From positions 56,556,464 through 56,620,463 of the forward strand of contig NC_043011.1 of assembly GCF_006345805.1 (NCBI RefSeq): 64,000 nt of DNA, in the 5' to 3' direction. The notes beneath the pieces are model-generated. The model did not search any database, had not been told where the DNA came from, and worked only from the letters and a program-made list of their open reading frames with translations. Positions 24,068-35,075 of the stretch are shown one piece after another. This stretch comes from Octopus sinensis. Taxonomy: Eukaryota. How positions within the stretch are numbered: position 1 is the first letter of the stretch; each line of letters starts with the position of its first letter. The position numbers and the translations under genes were made by a program.

Positions 24068-24425
24068 GGCATGGCTGTGTGGATAAGAAGCTCACTTTAC
24101 TACCATGTGGTTTTGGGTTCAGTCCCACTGCCCGGCACCTTAAGCAAATATCTTGTTATAGCCGTGGGCCAAGCAATGCCTTATGAGTGAATTTGATTGA
24201 TGAAAACTGTGTTGAAGCCCTTTGCATATGTGTGTATGACTTTGTGTTTGTCCCCCCACCACCATTTAACAACCAATGTTGGTTTGTTTATATCCTTGTA
24301 ACTTAGTGGTTGAACAAAAGAGATTGATAGAATACATTCCAAGCATGAAAGACTAAGTACTGGGGTCAATTTGTTTAGTTAAAACCTTTCAAGGCAGTGC
24401 TCCAGCGTGACCAAAGTCAAATAAG
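24068..24425 (+). mobile_element. tRNA-derived SINE, family C, representative near-full-length copy
   Basis: Head ggcatggctgtgtgg...gggttcagtccc; related fragments near 10940-11095, 16860-17000, 32980-33125, 34865-34990 and 57020-57160. Confidence 0.75.
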
Positions 24426-24580
24426 CTCTTTTTGGTCGTTTTACTTGAGCAGTTAAAGAACCCTGAAGACCATCTGGGATGATGTCACTTTTTAGTTTTG
24501 ATTCCAGGTGATTTGTGGCAATGGGGGTGAATTTCATATTAGAATCACTGACCAAGAGGCCATCCATTGTAAGGATTTCA

Positions 24581-24992
24581 GGATCTTTTCGGTTTGAACG
24601 GCAGTTTTTTCTAGTGGTGTCATATGAAATTGTCACCCATAATTATGACCCTAGTATCGATCTATTGCATTTCAATCTGTTTTAGGGTTAGGGTTAGTTA
24701 GGGGTGGGGGAGGGATATCTTTTTTCTTCACAAATGTAAGAATCTGTTTCTTAAATGAGGGACATATTCATATGGCACAGAATGTTTTTTACCTCAATAG
24801 AAGTCAGTGATTGGTTGAAATTGCAGAAATTGAAGAAAACGAACAACAAATATCTTACAAACTATAGAATTTTCTCAATAAAGCCAAGAGGAAAAGATGT
24901 TTTATAAACACATTCTACCAGTATACGAAGTTTAAAATTTTTTAGTTACCGAGAAATTATGTTAAAAACTGCCGTTCAAACCGAAAAGATCC
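24581..24992. mobile_element. 412-bp MITE, Merlin-like (29-bp perfect TIRs, 8-bp TSD)
   Basis: TIR ggatcttttcggtttgaacggcagttttt at 24581-24609 and 24964-24992; TSD ggatttca at 24573-24580 and 24993-25000; superfamily inferred from GG termini and 8-bp TSD. Confidence 0.9.
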
Positions 24993-25737
24993 GGATTTCA
25001 CCCTTATCTCTACATAAGAATGTCAAGGAGTGTGGAAGGGCCCAGTATGCCATTTGCCTCCAGAAGTAACAACTAGAGATCATTTAACTTTGCTGTTTCA
25101 AGCACAGAACGTAAGCCTTTTTTGCTGCTTGTGGCTCTTAGGCATCAATGAATTTCTCCTGTTTGATTCCTGCTTCTTTTTTTCATAATTTTCTTTCAGA
25201 TTTCGTCACACTGCTTCATTTCCTCTTCAAAGTTTTGTCAGTTTTCAGTCGTCATTGATGTTTTTTTAAATTTGCTTTTTCCTAGGTGGTGGTGGGGGGT
25301 TGGCTCTATACAAACCCATTTTTAATTCGTGGAAGAGGTGGTCTGTATTAATCTAGTCTCTAACCTTTGACCTGTCCAGCATGAGAAGTCCTACAAGGTG
25401 CTTCCAATCTACTGGCATAACTCTCAGGGTCACTGAGGCATACAAGCCACCACACCACACCACACCAAACACTGAACCTTTTGATGGTAGTTTGTGTGTG
25501 GCATGTTTCCCTCAATCACTTTATGATGGAGTAGCAATAAGCACACTGAGCTGTTTCCTTGGTGTCTTATGAGTCTAGAGCAAATCTTTGTCTGCTGTAC
25601 CTTGTTTTCAGTAAATAAAAATAAGGGCCTTCAGTGCATTGCTTTACTTAGAAGCCTATAATTCTGTTAATTCTGCCCTGGTTCTACCTTCGTTGTTTTC
25701 AGCATCCTTTTCTTGCTCTTATTCTCTCCTATACTCT

Positions 25738-25953
25738 TATTCTTTTCTACTCTAGGCACAGGGCACGAAATATTTGGGGAGGAGGGGCACTTGATTAGAT
25801 CAACCTTAGTACGCAACTGGTACTTAATTTATTGAACCCAAAAGGATGAAAGGCAAAGTCAACCTCGGTGGAATTTGATCTCAGACTGTAAAGACAGACG
25901 AAATACCGCTAAGCATTTCACTGGCATTCTAATGTTTCTGCCAGCTTCCTGCC
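25738..25953 (-). mobile_element. tRNA-derived SINE, family A, alternative tail
   Basis: Same head and core as 30000-30233 but ending ...gtgcctagagtagaaaaga; same tail at 44543-44760. Confidence 0.8.
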
Positions 25954-26104
25954 TTTCTCCTATTTATTATTGTCTTCTGTTACTGTATCTTTATTGTTAT
26001 TATTGTTCATATCATTCTCCTCCCCCCACCTCTTTTCCTCTGTATTTTACTTTCCTGCTGTCTGACAATGTTTTGCGGTCATTAAACAACTAGTGCCCCA
26101 ACAA

Positions 26105-26460
26105 AATAGCCATCATCCCATTTGAGGTAGGCAGATCATCCTTAGCTTGCAACATGGTGTGTTGCAACATGTTCTCTGGCTCGGAACTTGCTGCATCAAC
26201 AAACCTGGGTGTTGTTGCCTGCACTGCAGGAGAGAGAGAAATAAATAAACGCAGGGGCCTGACCAGCCACTCTCAGTTTGTTCCAGTCACTGTCAAGACC
26301 TCCGGTGTTCTTTGACCCCCAACACTATCGATATCCTTTGCAAAATTGAGATAACGGCAGCTTGTCTGAGAGATGAGCCCCACAAGGTGGAGTGGGGTTG
26401 CTACAGTAAGTGCCATTGGCCATTCTCTTCAGCAATGCCGTTGCTGTCATGACTGTGGGG
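26105..26460 (+). mobile_element. CRE-clade LINE relic (restriction-like endonuclease C-terminus)
   Basis: Translation GRSSLACNMVCCNMFSGSELAASTNLGVVACTAGEREINKRRGLTSHSQFVPVTVKTSGVL* resembles CRE G..L.WD...DT.A.S.......A...E..K..KY..L....FVP.AVET.G..G. Confidence 0.6.
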
Positions 26461-28453
26461 CAAATAACAATCCTGGGTGTGTGGCTCATTGCTCCCTATC
26501 CCTCAGCCTTCCACTGCTTAATCCCACCCCACTTTTTCGCTGTTTCTTTGTTTCCTTGTAATTAAATATTAAAAAAACCGAAAAAATTAGCCAACTGGAG
26601 GATTTCATCCGTGTTTATATTCTAAGTTCAAATTCTGCTGAGATGGACTCTGCTTTTGTCCTTTTGGGAATCAATGAAGTCAACTGCCCCCCCACCCCAA
26701 AAAAAAAATTTCAGGCTTTGTGCCTATATTAGAAAGGATTGTTATTTGGAAATATTTACTAAAAGACAACTAACTTAGAATAGATTGAATTTTAAAACAA
26801 AAACTCTGATAGTCAATGGGAGTGTTACAAGAATGAATTCTAGGAACTGGCATTAATGTCGCATAGAGATTCAATGGAATTTTATTATTTCTAAGTTGGT
26901 GCATAAAGAGAGTAATTTAACATTAAATTGAATTGAAAAATTGAAATGATTTCATTCCAGGAATAAGTAGTTCGAAAAGGAATTATAAATGGTTCACTAA
27001 ATATAATTTCTGTCATGTATTTTAGAATAAGATTTCTGCTTGTCATAATACGCTTTTTTAAAACAATTTTCACAATGTGATATTGTTGTTCTTGTCACTA
27101 CCATAATGATGATGATTATCACCACCACCACCATTGCCATCATCATCATCATCCCCAGCAGCAGCAGCAGCAGCAGCACCACCACCACCATTCTCATTGT
27201 TTTCTGACCCATATTTCAGCATACGTGAGTAGGACTGGTCTTCTCCAACTCAGTGCCTCACCATTTATTTGTGGTTGTCATTTTCTTTGAGCTTCAAAAA
27301 CCTTGAGATCAACCTCCAACACTTCTTCTTCACTCTTTCCATTTCCTTCACATTCCTTCAAGTTGAATTCCTCAACATTTCTTCACCCAATTATCATCAA
27401 TAAAAGACAGAACATAATAAATCCAACTTTTAATAACGTCAGCACTGCTTAATTTGGGTCTGATTAATTATCTCTTTTTTAAAGATTTCTTTTTTGTTTT
27501 TTTTTTCTTCAACCCACGTTTTGAGTACACCCCACCCCCCAACCCCGGCCGTGCTCCATTCTGCCAAAAGTTAGCCAACAACTAGAGCTCTTTATTATTT
27601 TCATTTGTAGAGTTTAGTAATGAACCTTTTTTTGTTATTTGGATAAATAATCATTTTGTATTTTGTGTTGCCAATAATAACTTGAACGTTTTATTTTGTA
27701 GACGTGTTTTAAAAGCCTCCTCCTCCAACATCAGAAACTCTTACATCATTTTGGAAATCTAGATGTTGACTATTGAAAAGGAATTGTTTTCTGCTCAGAT
27801 TATTTTTATGTTCTTAGTTCTTGAATCTAGGTCTTTTTCCTATCAATTTGGCATTGTAAATGCGAGCTGTTGAAGAATTCTTCTTTTACTTTGCAATGAC
27901 AATGAAACAAAAATCCCCAAAAGAGGCAACTAAGCTCGTCGAAACTAAGCAATGCCTGCCATTAAAAACTACAGTATTGATTTCATATCAGATTCTTTCT
28001 GCTTTACCATTACATATCTCTTACATATCTCGTTCTTGTCAAGAAGTGAGAAAAAGATATCAGCAACAAAAATCTTTAATCTAAAAAAAACAAAAGCTGC
28101 AAGTCGGAATTACGTTCAGTGAATAATCAAATTCCCATTGGAACCATTCATTCTTTCAATGGAATAATTTGAATTTTTCATTTATTTATTTATTTTTCAA
28201 TATTTTCATGTTGAAATATTTGGTATCTGCATCAAGTACAAAATAATGAGGTTAATAAGAAAAATCCCATCAGATCTCCAACATTTGTTGCTGCTGCTTC
28301 TTAGCACTAATGAATAACCTTAACGTTTTGGATAATTACATAAGAAGGCAAAAGTAATCTTTACCAATCTTCTTATAAAAGTTCAATTGAAATTTTAGTG
28401 GAAAATTTAAAACTTATGATACTAGCTCTTAATGTCTGCAAAAATGTCATTTC

Positions 28454-28698
<245 letters not shown>

Positions 28699-28744
28699 AT
28701 ATGTGATTGACTGCTAAATCCACAAGTTTTTTTTAATTCTCTCT

Positions 28745-28890
28745 CTCTTTATTTCCTCGTGTTCCTTTCTGTTGAAGAGCATAGGCTCGAAATGTAAAAA
28801 AATTCTCAGTTCCCGAGCATTAAACTAATACACCTGCTTGTTGTTTATACACCTGTCTTAGTCTTTTGTTTCTCTGTAAATTTCAACTAT
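28745..28890 (+). mobile_element. Penelope-like pseudo-LTR fragment with hammerhead-like core
   Basis: ctgttga-a-gagc-atag-gctc-gaaatgta at 28769-28796; ends at a TA-rich repeat; same architecture as 61878-62092. Confidence 0.5.
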
Positions 28891-28947
28891 ATACATACAT
28901 ACATCATCATCATCGTTTAACGTCCGTTTTCCGTGCTAGCACAGGTT

Positions 28948-29013
<66 letters not shown>

Positions 29014-29629
29014 TGTAGATAATAATAAGTTAATGATTTTAAATTTTGGCACAAGGCCGGCAATCTTGAGGGAAGGAAGCAAGTTGATTAAATCGGTCTT
29101 GATACTTGATGGGAACTTTATTTTATCACTCCCAAAAGGTAGAGTTTGACATCAGCAAGATTTGAAATCAGAATGTTTAGAATTAAAAGAAATGTTGCTC
29201 ATTAGCCAAACATCACCGTTGATACTCCTACAATGGAGTATATTAGTTTTGACTCAACTATTGCCTTTCATGCACTCGCTGAGTTAATATTTATCTGTAG
29301 TAGTAGTAGGAGGAGGAGGGGAGGGTAGTAGTAGTAGTGGTTGTGGTGGTCGTCGTCGTCGTCGTAGCAGCAGCAGCAGCAGCAACAACAACAACAATAA
29401 TAAATATGGTATGGTATATAAAAAATGTAGCCGAGCTGCTGTTGTTGAAAGTAAGAAGGTGAGGTTTATGTAAAATTGCAGATTGCAAAGATGAAACATA
29501 ATACAAGCATTTGAGACTGAAAGAAAATGGAAACAGGTGGATGGAGAGAAGAATGGACAATTCCATAGAGATGTTGGGAATAGGACAGACAAAAAGAAAA
29601 GGTGGTTATGGATGGCTAAAAGTGGTGGC

Positions 29630-29935
29630 CTTTCATATGGATGACTCAAATCGGCGGCCTTTCATAAAGTGCTGTATTGATCGGAAGAGACCATAGTTAG
29701 ATGGAGCAATGTCTGAACTACAGGCTGGATGCGGCAGGACTTCCACAGCATCCGATTCTTCAATCTTGTTGCTGGTCTTTCTGGTGATATGCAGCTTTGC
29801 ATTGTCTTGTTGAAACAAAGCGTATTTTCAATGAACAAGTCTTGGGTCCTTTTCAACCAGTGCCTCATAGACTCAATCAAGTTGCTTGCAGTAAAGGTCA
29901 GTGTCGATGGCGCGACTTTCGGCAAATGTTCGGCG
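29630..29935 (-). mobile_element. mariner (D,D34D) transposase fragment
   Basis: FQQDNAKLH and VLPHPACSSDIAPSNYGLFRSIQHFMKGRRF match the mariner QDNARPH and HPPYSPDLAPSDY.LFRS motifs. Confidence 0.9.
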
Positions 29936-29999
29936 CATAATCTTTTCCCTTAGCCTAATATTATCAGTCAGTGTACACCACTAGAGCAGAAAGAATATA

Positions 30000-30233
30000 T
30001 ATTTCTTTACTACCCACAAGGGGCTAAACACAGAGGAGACAAACAAGGACAGACAAACGGATTAAGTCGATTACATCGACCCCAGTGCGTAACTGGTACT
30101 TAATTTATCAACCCCGAAAGGAGGAAAGGCAAAGTCGACCTCGGCAGAATTTGAACCCAGAACGTAACGGCAGACAAAATACGGCTATGCATTTCGCCCG
30201 GCGTGCTAACGATTCTGCCAGCTCACCGCCTTT
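30000..30233 (-). mobile_element. Full-length tRNA-derived SINE, family A
   Basis: 16-bp TSD gagcagaaagaatata (29984-29999 and 30234-30249); head ggcggtgagctggcagaatcgttagc. Confidence 0.93.
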
Positions 30234-30269
30234 GAGCAGAAAGAATATAAGAGGTAGGATGACAACATA

Positions 30270-30825
30270 GCAAAGATAGTCTGTTGGGCACTTTGCAACA
30301 AGTATGGGCTTGACAAAGCAGAAAAGTGGTACAGACATAAACCCACTGGCATTCTTGAAAATGATAATGCAAAAATCCTGAGGAACTTTATGATTCAGTG
30401 TGACCATGCGATGGAGGGTAAGAAATGATATTTTCTTATGATTGAGAGGGAAAGCAAACAATGCTGGATCATTGATATAACATGTTCAGCTGATAACAAA
30501 ATATGTGATAAAGAAGGAAAAAAAGTCATTTGATATGACAGGTTCGCTTGGGAAGTTAAGCAGTTGTGGTCATTGAAAAAAGGTAGTAGCCAAACCAATA
30601 ATTGTCAGAGCCTTAGAAACAGTTAGTAAATATCTTGAGAAGTATATTGAACATATAGGGATTGAAATATGGGTGGAGTACTTACAGAAAATAGTAATGC
30701 TTTGAACGACTCAAATACTTCAGAAGGTGCTTGAAAAATAAGGGGTGTTACCTCATATCCCTGGTAGTGAACAGCTGGTATTGGAATACATCAAAGAAAA
30801 CATAACAACAACAATAACAATAATG
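30270..30825 (+). mobile_element. R4/Dong-like LINE 3' relic (restriction-like endonuclease) with (AAC/AAT)n tail
   Basis: Translation ENDNAKILRNFMIQCDH...CWIIDITCSADNKICDKE...KPIIVRALETVSKYLEKY...LQKIVML*TTQILQKVL resembles the R4/Dong C-terminal domain; several stops. Confidence 0.75.
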
Positions 30826-31241
30826 TTAGGGAATAGTTTAGTAGTTAAGAGATATCTTGTATGTAAGATATTGGAAAGCTGGTATCATGTTAGAGAAAAA
30901 TATTGGTTTTCTAAGATAAATATTGATTTCTAAACAGGAAAAATATTGTGAAGAAGTCAGTGGAAACCAAAGTGTGTAATAATGTAATACTTGCTCCCGG
31001 AACAGTTCCGTGCCTGAAAATGGTAAAATCCTTCTCAAACTGGTAAAACAAAGGAAAATATATCTAAAATTGGATAAAATAAAGTTCAGTTATATATGTT
31101 TAAAATCAATATGTGTGTCTCATGTATTTTTGTAGAAACTTGAAAATCATTAACATACATGGAAGATAGTCGTGAGAATTACAAGAGAACCTTTTCTTTT
31201 TGTTTATTTGTTTATATAATTGTATGTTTTATTTATTTTAG

Positions 31242-31322
31242 AATTGACTGAAGAAGAAAAAGTACAAAAACTTCGTAAAGAAAAGTTAAAAAAAGAATAT
31301 TATTTTGCTGTTGAAGAAGAAG
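31242..31322 (+). CDS. SPEF2: SPEF2 internal exon E (phase 1 to 1)
   Basis: ttttag|AA TTG...GAA G|gtaata; (E)LTEEEKVQKLRKEKLKKEYYFAVEEE; 81 nt; not in the ORF track. Confidence 0.85.
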
Positions 31323-31486
31323 GTAATAACAAAATTTCTGTAAAGTTTCTCATAATTTAATCCTTTCTAACTGCTGAGAAATATCATCATCATCATCATC
31401 ATCCTCATCATTTAATGTTCATGCTCCATGTTGGCATGAGTTTGACTATATATATATATTTATATTTATATATATATACGTATGTA

Positions 31487-31545
<59 letters not shown>

Positions 31546-31964
31546 GTATATGCATGTATATATAGGCATGTGGCTTAGTGGTTAAGATGTTGCACTCATA
31601 ATTGCTAGATGGCGTGTTCAGTTCATGGACCAAGCATCATATTGTGTTCTTGAGCAAAGCATTTCATTTCATGTTGCTGCAGTTTACTGAGCCATGAATG
31701 GGTGACTACTCTGTGACAGAGTAGCCTTCTAGTCGAAGGGAGTGTTGGCCTGTTGACCTAGTTAGGAGGGGTGGGGCATCATTTGAAAGCTAAAATGATA
31801 TCAAGGTGCATTGTGACCAGCAATATATAACAACATCTGACAGTCTGGTCAATCAGGCGATGTAGGTAGGTAAAAAAGCATGAGATGGAATGAGGGGAAT
31901 AAAGGACGGACAGCTGAACAACATGAAGTGTTACAACAGGAAGACAAAAATTGGAGAGTTGGCG

Positions 31965-32470
31965 GGCAGACCCTGGTGGAACAAAATCCCATCGTAACTG
32001 TTGAGGAACTAGCAGAGAAGCTTGGATTTTGTCATTCAACCACTCATCAACACCTGCATACCATCAGAAAAGCCAGCAAATTGGGTCAATGATTTCCTCA
32101 CAGGCTTTCTGAGTTTAATTGTGTGCAGAGAGTGAATGTGTGCTCTTCTTTGCTGTCATGTTTCACAAATGAACCTTTTTTGGACTGAATAGTGACTGGT
32201 GATGAGAAAAGGGTTCTCTATAAAAATATCAAGTGCCGAAGACAGTGGGGAGGGAAAAGAAAAACACCAGCATCCCAGGCTAAAGAAGGTCTTCACCCAC
32301 GTAAAGTGTTGTTATCTGTTTCGTTTGATATGGAAAGGTTAGTCTACTTTGAACTTTTAAAGATAAACCAAATGATAATGAAGGAGGTCCACTGTGAGCA
32401 GCTTGAATGGCTGAAGTCAGCGCTAGAAGGAAAACAACCATCTTTGGTTTCAAGACACAAGGTGTTCTTC
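31965..32470 (+). mobile_element. mariner transposase fragment (HTH to first catalytic D)
   Basis: TVEELAEKLGFCHST..., VTGDEKRVLYKN and HPRKVLLSV motifs; in-frame stops. Confidence 0.9.
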
Positions 32471-33811
32471 CGCATGCACACACATACAAATGGATGCCCT
32501 TCCTAACAGCTTCTTTACTGTATGTACTGGTGCTTTTTCAAGTCAGCAGCACTACTAGTGAAGTACTTGGTGACCTCACCTGTGGCCAGTAACATGTAAA
32601 AGTACTCATTTACAACTATTCCACGATTTCAGTTGACCTTTGTCACCTGTGACAATCTTCAACCCAGTGACAAGACCAGGTCAGGACGACTGGGGATGGA
32701 AATGGATGCAGTGGGTGACCAAGTTGTCTTGCTTGACTTATCTTGCTGTCTGCACTCCACAGTGCATTCCTGCAGTTGCCTCCCTGTCATTGAACCATGA
32801 AGGTTTCTTCTTCCAGGGAGTCTGCTGGTTCCAGTCTTTACATGCATAGGTAGGCAAGCCCTAGGACCCTGGCAGGTGCCCCTACTGTGGGTCAGAGTAA
32901 ACCTGGAAACAATAGTGGTTAAAGGGTGGTTCCATACTCCTCAGAAATACAAGAAATGTGTTCCTACATATAACAGACTTCTTACAGTTCCAGTCTGGCA
33001 AATTCACTCACAAGTTTTTGGTCAACCTTAGGCTATAGTGGAAAGACACTTGCCCTACATGCCATGCAGTAGGACTGAACCTGAAACTATCTGATTGGGA
33101 ACCAAACTTCTTAACCACAGAGCCATACATGCATCGAACCATTATACCGAATGCCACAAATCCATCCAACAGTGGAATGAATGCTGGCTCTTCTCACATT
33201 TCCCCGTCTCTCTTATATACTCTGGTTAATGGTGTTGCAAATGTTTCCATTTTCATATTTGATTGCTTTGGAGTTTGTCAATTTTATTGAAATGGAAAAT
33301 ATTCATTAAGACGATAAAATGAAGTTCAACCATTTTCCCAACAGCTTGCACATGAAAGGAATGCAGCTAATTAACTGATAATTAAATAAGAATTCCAGGA
33401 TTGAGATTCACCTTTTTCAATTATAAAAGTGATGCAAAGATCTTTTAAACCTTCCATTGAGTTACTTTTGACAGATATATTCCGATTTTTCATCATTGAG
33501 GATAATTCTAAATCTGATTAACTGTCAGAGTTTATAAAAAAAACAAAATCATTTTGTTTCCTGCATAAAAGTTAAAGGTTTGAAATGAAGGAGGCTTTTA
33601 CTGTTTATCAAGATTTTAGTTTGCCAATGAAAAATCACTCTGCAAAGTAGATTTATTGGTAAAGAAAGAAGAGAGAAAGAGAGAGAGTAGAGGAAAGGCA
33701 GACAGATATATGGTAAGATAGATGGATGGATGGATGGATGGATAGATAGAGGGAGAGAGAGAGGAGGGGAGGCAGACAGATAGTTATACATATATATATA
33801 TATATATATAT

Positions 33812-34058
33812 ATGTTAATAAAATAGAATATATGCATATATATAAACATATATGTACGTACCTACCTCTACATGTACATATACACGCATATATGTGTACA
33901 GGACACCAAAAAGACGTCGAACACATAGAGAGACGAAACACATAGACACAAACCAAGGAACAAGACAAGCAAAAAAAAAAAAGGGAGAGATACAGGACAA
34001 TAAGCACAACGAAAAATCCCCTTCTTCAGTCGCTAAGATTTCATCTACTAAACATTTC

Positions 34059-34060
<2 letters not shown>
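33812..34060 (-). mobile_element. Penelope-like pseudo-LTR fragment between (TA)n tracts
   Basis: Minus strand has cgaaa...ctgaagaaggg (34018-34058); flanked by a duplicated segment at 33753-33790 and 34106-34143. Confidence 0.45.
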
Positions 34061-34103
<43 letters not shown>

Positions 34104-34147
34104 TAGAGAGAGAGAGGAGTGGAGGCAGACAGATAGTTATATATATA

Positions 34148-34207
<60 letters not shown>

Positions 34208-34210
34208 TAT

Positions 34211-34270
<60 letters not shown>

Positions 34271-34990
34271 CTGGACAGCCAGATAGATAGAGAGGGAGAG
34301 AAAAAGGGGGAGACAGTGAGATAGATACATATACATAGACAAACAGAAAGATAGACAGATTGAAAGGTGGGGGAGAGAAAGAAAGAAAGAGAGAGAGAGA
34401 GTGTGTGTGTGTGTGTGTGTGCATGCTTGTTTTCTTTCCCTCTTTTGTGACAGTCTTTTAGGTTCCATTCCATTTCCATTGTATACTCACTAATCACTCT
34501 CTTACTAAACAAACAAAATATTCGACTTTATTTGTTCTATTAATCTTCATCAGACTCACTGACTTTTAGTTTTTTCTTTAAATATATTTCCAATCATTGA
34601 TTTTTATGGTTTAATGTTATTTTTTTAAAAAAATCTAAAAAGCATTCTGTAGTTATATTGGTGTTGGTAGCGTCCAGTATACATTGTTAATGGGTCTTCT
34701 GTAATATAATGTATCATTTATCAGGATATTTCATTTACTCTAATGTAATATTATATCATTTATCAGAATGGTTTGCTTCCATTATATTTCTCATCTAATG
34801 TTTCTATACAATTCTCTGCTGTTGTAGCACAGTATTTATATTATTGATATTGGTGTTGGGGGTACAGGCGTGGCTGTGTGGTAAGAAGCTTGCTTCTCAA
34901 CCGCATGGCTCCAGGTTCAGTTCCACTGTGCTGTCTTCTACTATTGCTCCAGTTCGACTTGTGAATGGATTTAGTTGATGCAAACTCTTA

Positions 34991-35075
34991 TATGTGTGTG
35001 TGTGGTCATTTAAGAAGCTGTTATGTGTGTGTGTGGTCATTTAAGAAGCTGTTATGTGTGTGTGTGGTCATTTAA
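34991..35075 (+). repeat. 31-bp minisatellite, about 2.7 copies
   Basis: tatgtgtgtgtgtggtcatttaagaagctgt units start at 34991, 35022 and 35053. Confidence 0.9.

Noticed and set aside
27400-28200. Repeat-poor stretch as a possible conserved non-coding element or hidden exon (also about 59900-60240 and 62130-62870)
   Set aside because: No open exon with suitable splice sites is needed between the chained SPEF2 exons, and conservation cannot be judged without alignments
33549-34512. Long minus-strand ORFs of 152-217 aa
   Set aside because: Translations of (TA)n, (GA)n and (CA)n tracts; the same holds for the YIYI/CVCV/LSLS ORFs across the window
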